Shown here: positions 61,997-64,000 of the stretch, piece by piece
How positions within the stretch are numbered: the stretch's first letter is position 1
How the letters are laid out: the number at the start of each line of letters is the position of its first letter
Source of the DNA: Balanoglossus misakiensis
Taxonomy: Eukaryota > Animalia > Hemichordata
NCBI GenBank assembly: GCA_040954595.2
Contig: CM082584.2
Location: 9,257,061 to 9,321,060 of the forward strand
DNA length: 64,000 nucleotides
Direction of reading: 5' to 3'
Made by a program: the position numbers and the translations under genes
The notes under the pieces: generated by a model
Database searches by the model: none
Told to the model about the DNA's origin: nothing
What the model saw: the letters and a program-made list of their open reading frames with translations, nothing else

Positions 61997-63554
61997 TATA
62001 TACATTCATCACTGCCACGATAAACAATTTACAAACCTGGACAATTTTAGTGTTGAATACCTTTTTACAATGCCTTCATGTGATAATTTAGTATTAGTGT
62101 CTTTTGTTTTTATACTGTGACTATTTTTGTGTGTGTTGGTAAACCAGTCTAAGTGTTTTGTGATTTTTAGTCGTAGTGTACTATTCAGGACTGATTTTAA
62201 TGTAGGCCTCTATTTTTATCAAGAATCTGTATTTTATTTATTTTTATGTATTAAAATTTGATTGAAAATTCATATGCGACACTGTGTTATATATGCTTCC
62301 CTGGGGCAAAAGTGGGATCATGCAACCCCCCCCCCCCCCCTCCCTCCAGAAAAGACCAGTTTTCTCAAAAGGTTGAACGACTCCAGTAAAATTACTAATG
62401 ACAGACAACTGCATGGCACATGACGTTTCATTTTTTTAATGATCTTTTCCAACACGGGCAAAACTTGACAAAAGAAAATATGTAGCTGCCAGACGAAAAA
62501 CTGAAAACAAATTGGACAACAAATTTACATATTAGAACAACACGTACGACTTCCTTTCTTGTGGAAACAACAATGCTGACGCAGTGAGCAGTAACGAAGA
62601 CCGCAATAACACCAAACTGGTAAGTATCTCAACCAGTATAATGGCAAACTGGTGACGATGACATTGAAATGATATTGTACATGGCCCCAGTGTCTACCAA
62701 GTAAACATCTATGAAGTGCTTGACAGTGCTTTTAAATTATATGAGGTGTTTTTATGACAAAAATTACTTTCACAATGATAGACAACTCTCCAGTACATGG
62801 ATGCTGGTGTATTTCATCACCATGGTGATTATTAAATTATTGAACAGGCTGAAAAAATTTTTGCAATGTGCATTTCATCCAGTATGGTACAGTTGCCCCA
62901 TCGTGCCATAAACCCCATCCACATGTTTAACAGACAGGGCCTGCTTCGGCAAATCTGCATAAAGCCCAAACCCTAGACGAAGCATAGACACTGATGCCAC
63001 TGATGTCCTACAAATGATCCTTGTTCATTTCTGATGGACAACACTGCAAATGGCTTCAAGTGTCGATTCATTTCGTTTTAACGCGAGTATCCATCAATAA
63101 GTGCAGAATGACATCTTGAAATGTGATGAAAACATATTCGGTGTGTACTTTCTGATCTGGAAAATGCAAAAGTTGCATTGGAATTCATCTCTCTGAGGAT
63201 AGGCAAGATACTGGCCGCACACTCCTTGAATTAAGTTCAGTGCAAAGATTTAATATGGGCCTTTGATTGTCACTGGTGACAGAAAAGGAAATAACTTTTT
63301 TATTCCCTCAGAATCACTTTTCATTAACGCTGTTGAACTCTTTTATTGCTAACACACTGACAGCAGATTTATCTTTCCCCGGGAACTGTAAATCAAAGAT
63401 GAGTTTTTGCACAGGCAATTTCGAGGAGACCTGACTTGCTCCTTCAGTGACCATGACTGCAGTGTGAATTAAAACTCTGTATTAAACACTGATAACAAAT
63501 TCTTTTCGCCCCATATTACGTGCACGCATCTCTCTACATTCAGTACTTTTTTTT

Positions 63555-63961
63555 TCAGACATCTGTACATGGAATGAAGAGTAAAAACTGTACAAACAAA
63601 ATGCAACAGAAATAACAGTCACGACAACACCAAAGCTGTGACAATTCCACCAGAACGGTGGAAATGGCTTTTGATTTGAATAAACTCTCCCCACTGGGAA
63701 TTGCGTTGCTTGCAGTCAACACTCTCGATGGGGCGGGGGGAGGTAGCTTCAGCACAGCACTGAAAAAAAATCAATATGTATTGCACCTGCCAAGAAACAA
63801 GAGAAAATCAGAAGGTAAAGCGGGGCGTTAATCTTTACCCCACTTTAAAACTTGCATGTATCGCTTGCCCTTGAGCCAGCCTGAGCCAACCGGGGGGCAG
63901 CGGTCTCTTGTCAATATCTCTTGAACATACACCAAGGCTCTTGGCCTCATCTGATGTCAAC
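63555..63961 (-). CDS. Probable 3' exons of an unidentified gene entering from beyond the window end
   Basis: Minus-strand acceptor TTTTTTTTGCCAG| at ~63962 opens LTSDEAKSLGVCSRDIDKRPLPPGWLRLAQGQAIHASFKVG. A GTAAAG donor at ~63838 and a TTTTTTTTCAG acceptor at 63760 would join in frame to AVLKLPPPAPSR...DV-TGA. No family recognised. Confidence 0.35.
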
Positions 63962-64000
63962 CTGGCAAAAAAAATCACGCCAGGTTCAAGTCCGTCCTTA

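Noticed and set aside
63700-63760. TGC-TGA / TGT-TGA in one minus frame, suggesting selenocysteine
   Set aside because: This frame is out of phase with the upstream exon, and I did not recognise a SECIS element or selenoprotein motif.

Overview
Eukaryotic, intron-rich genomic DNA. Gene content suggests a marine invertebrate deuterostome such as a hemichordate or echinoderm; this is inference only. In order, the window holds: a 5'-truncated MYSM1 histone H2A deubiquitinase (+, ~116-10341, with a U12-type intron); ~15 kb with no recognisable protein gene but a minus-strand promoter and first exon near 21.6-21.8 kb; a ~39-exon, ~4,100-aa apolipophorin/apoB-like large lipid transfer protein (+, 26158-46624) with three separate internal repeat systems; PEX10 with an intronless CDS (-); an intronless Renilla-luciferase/haloalkane-dehalogenase-like gene (-) whose N-terminal extension carries a PTS2-like nonapeptide; and PRPF38A (-) head-to-head with ORC1 (+). 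A 446-bp foldback transposon with a 9-bp TSD sits in the PRPF38A/ORC1 promoter, a MITE lies just after the ORC1 stop, and the window ends in probable 3' exons of an unidentified minus-strand gene. The strongest candidates for something new are a possibly peroxisome-targeted RLuc/HLD-like enzyme next to PEX10, and an indel-free array of 23 x 28-aa beta-hairpin repeats in the lipoprotein. Exon coordinates were read by eye and may be off by a few bases.
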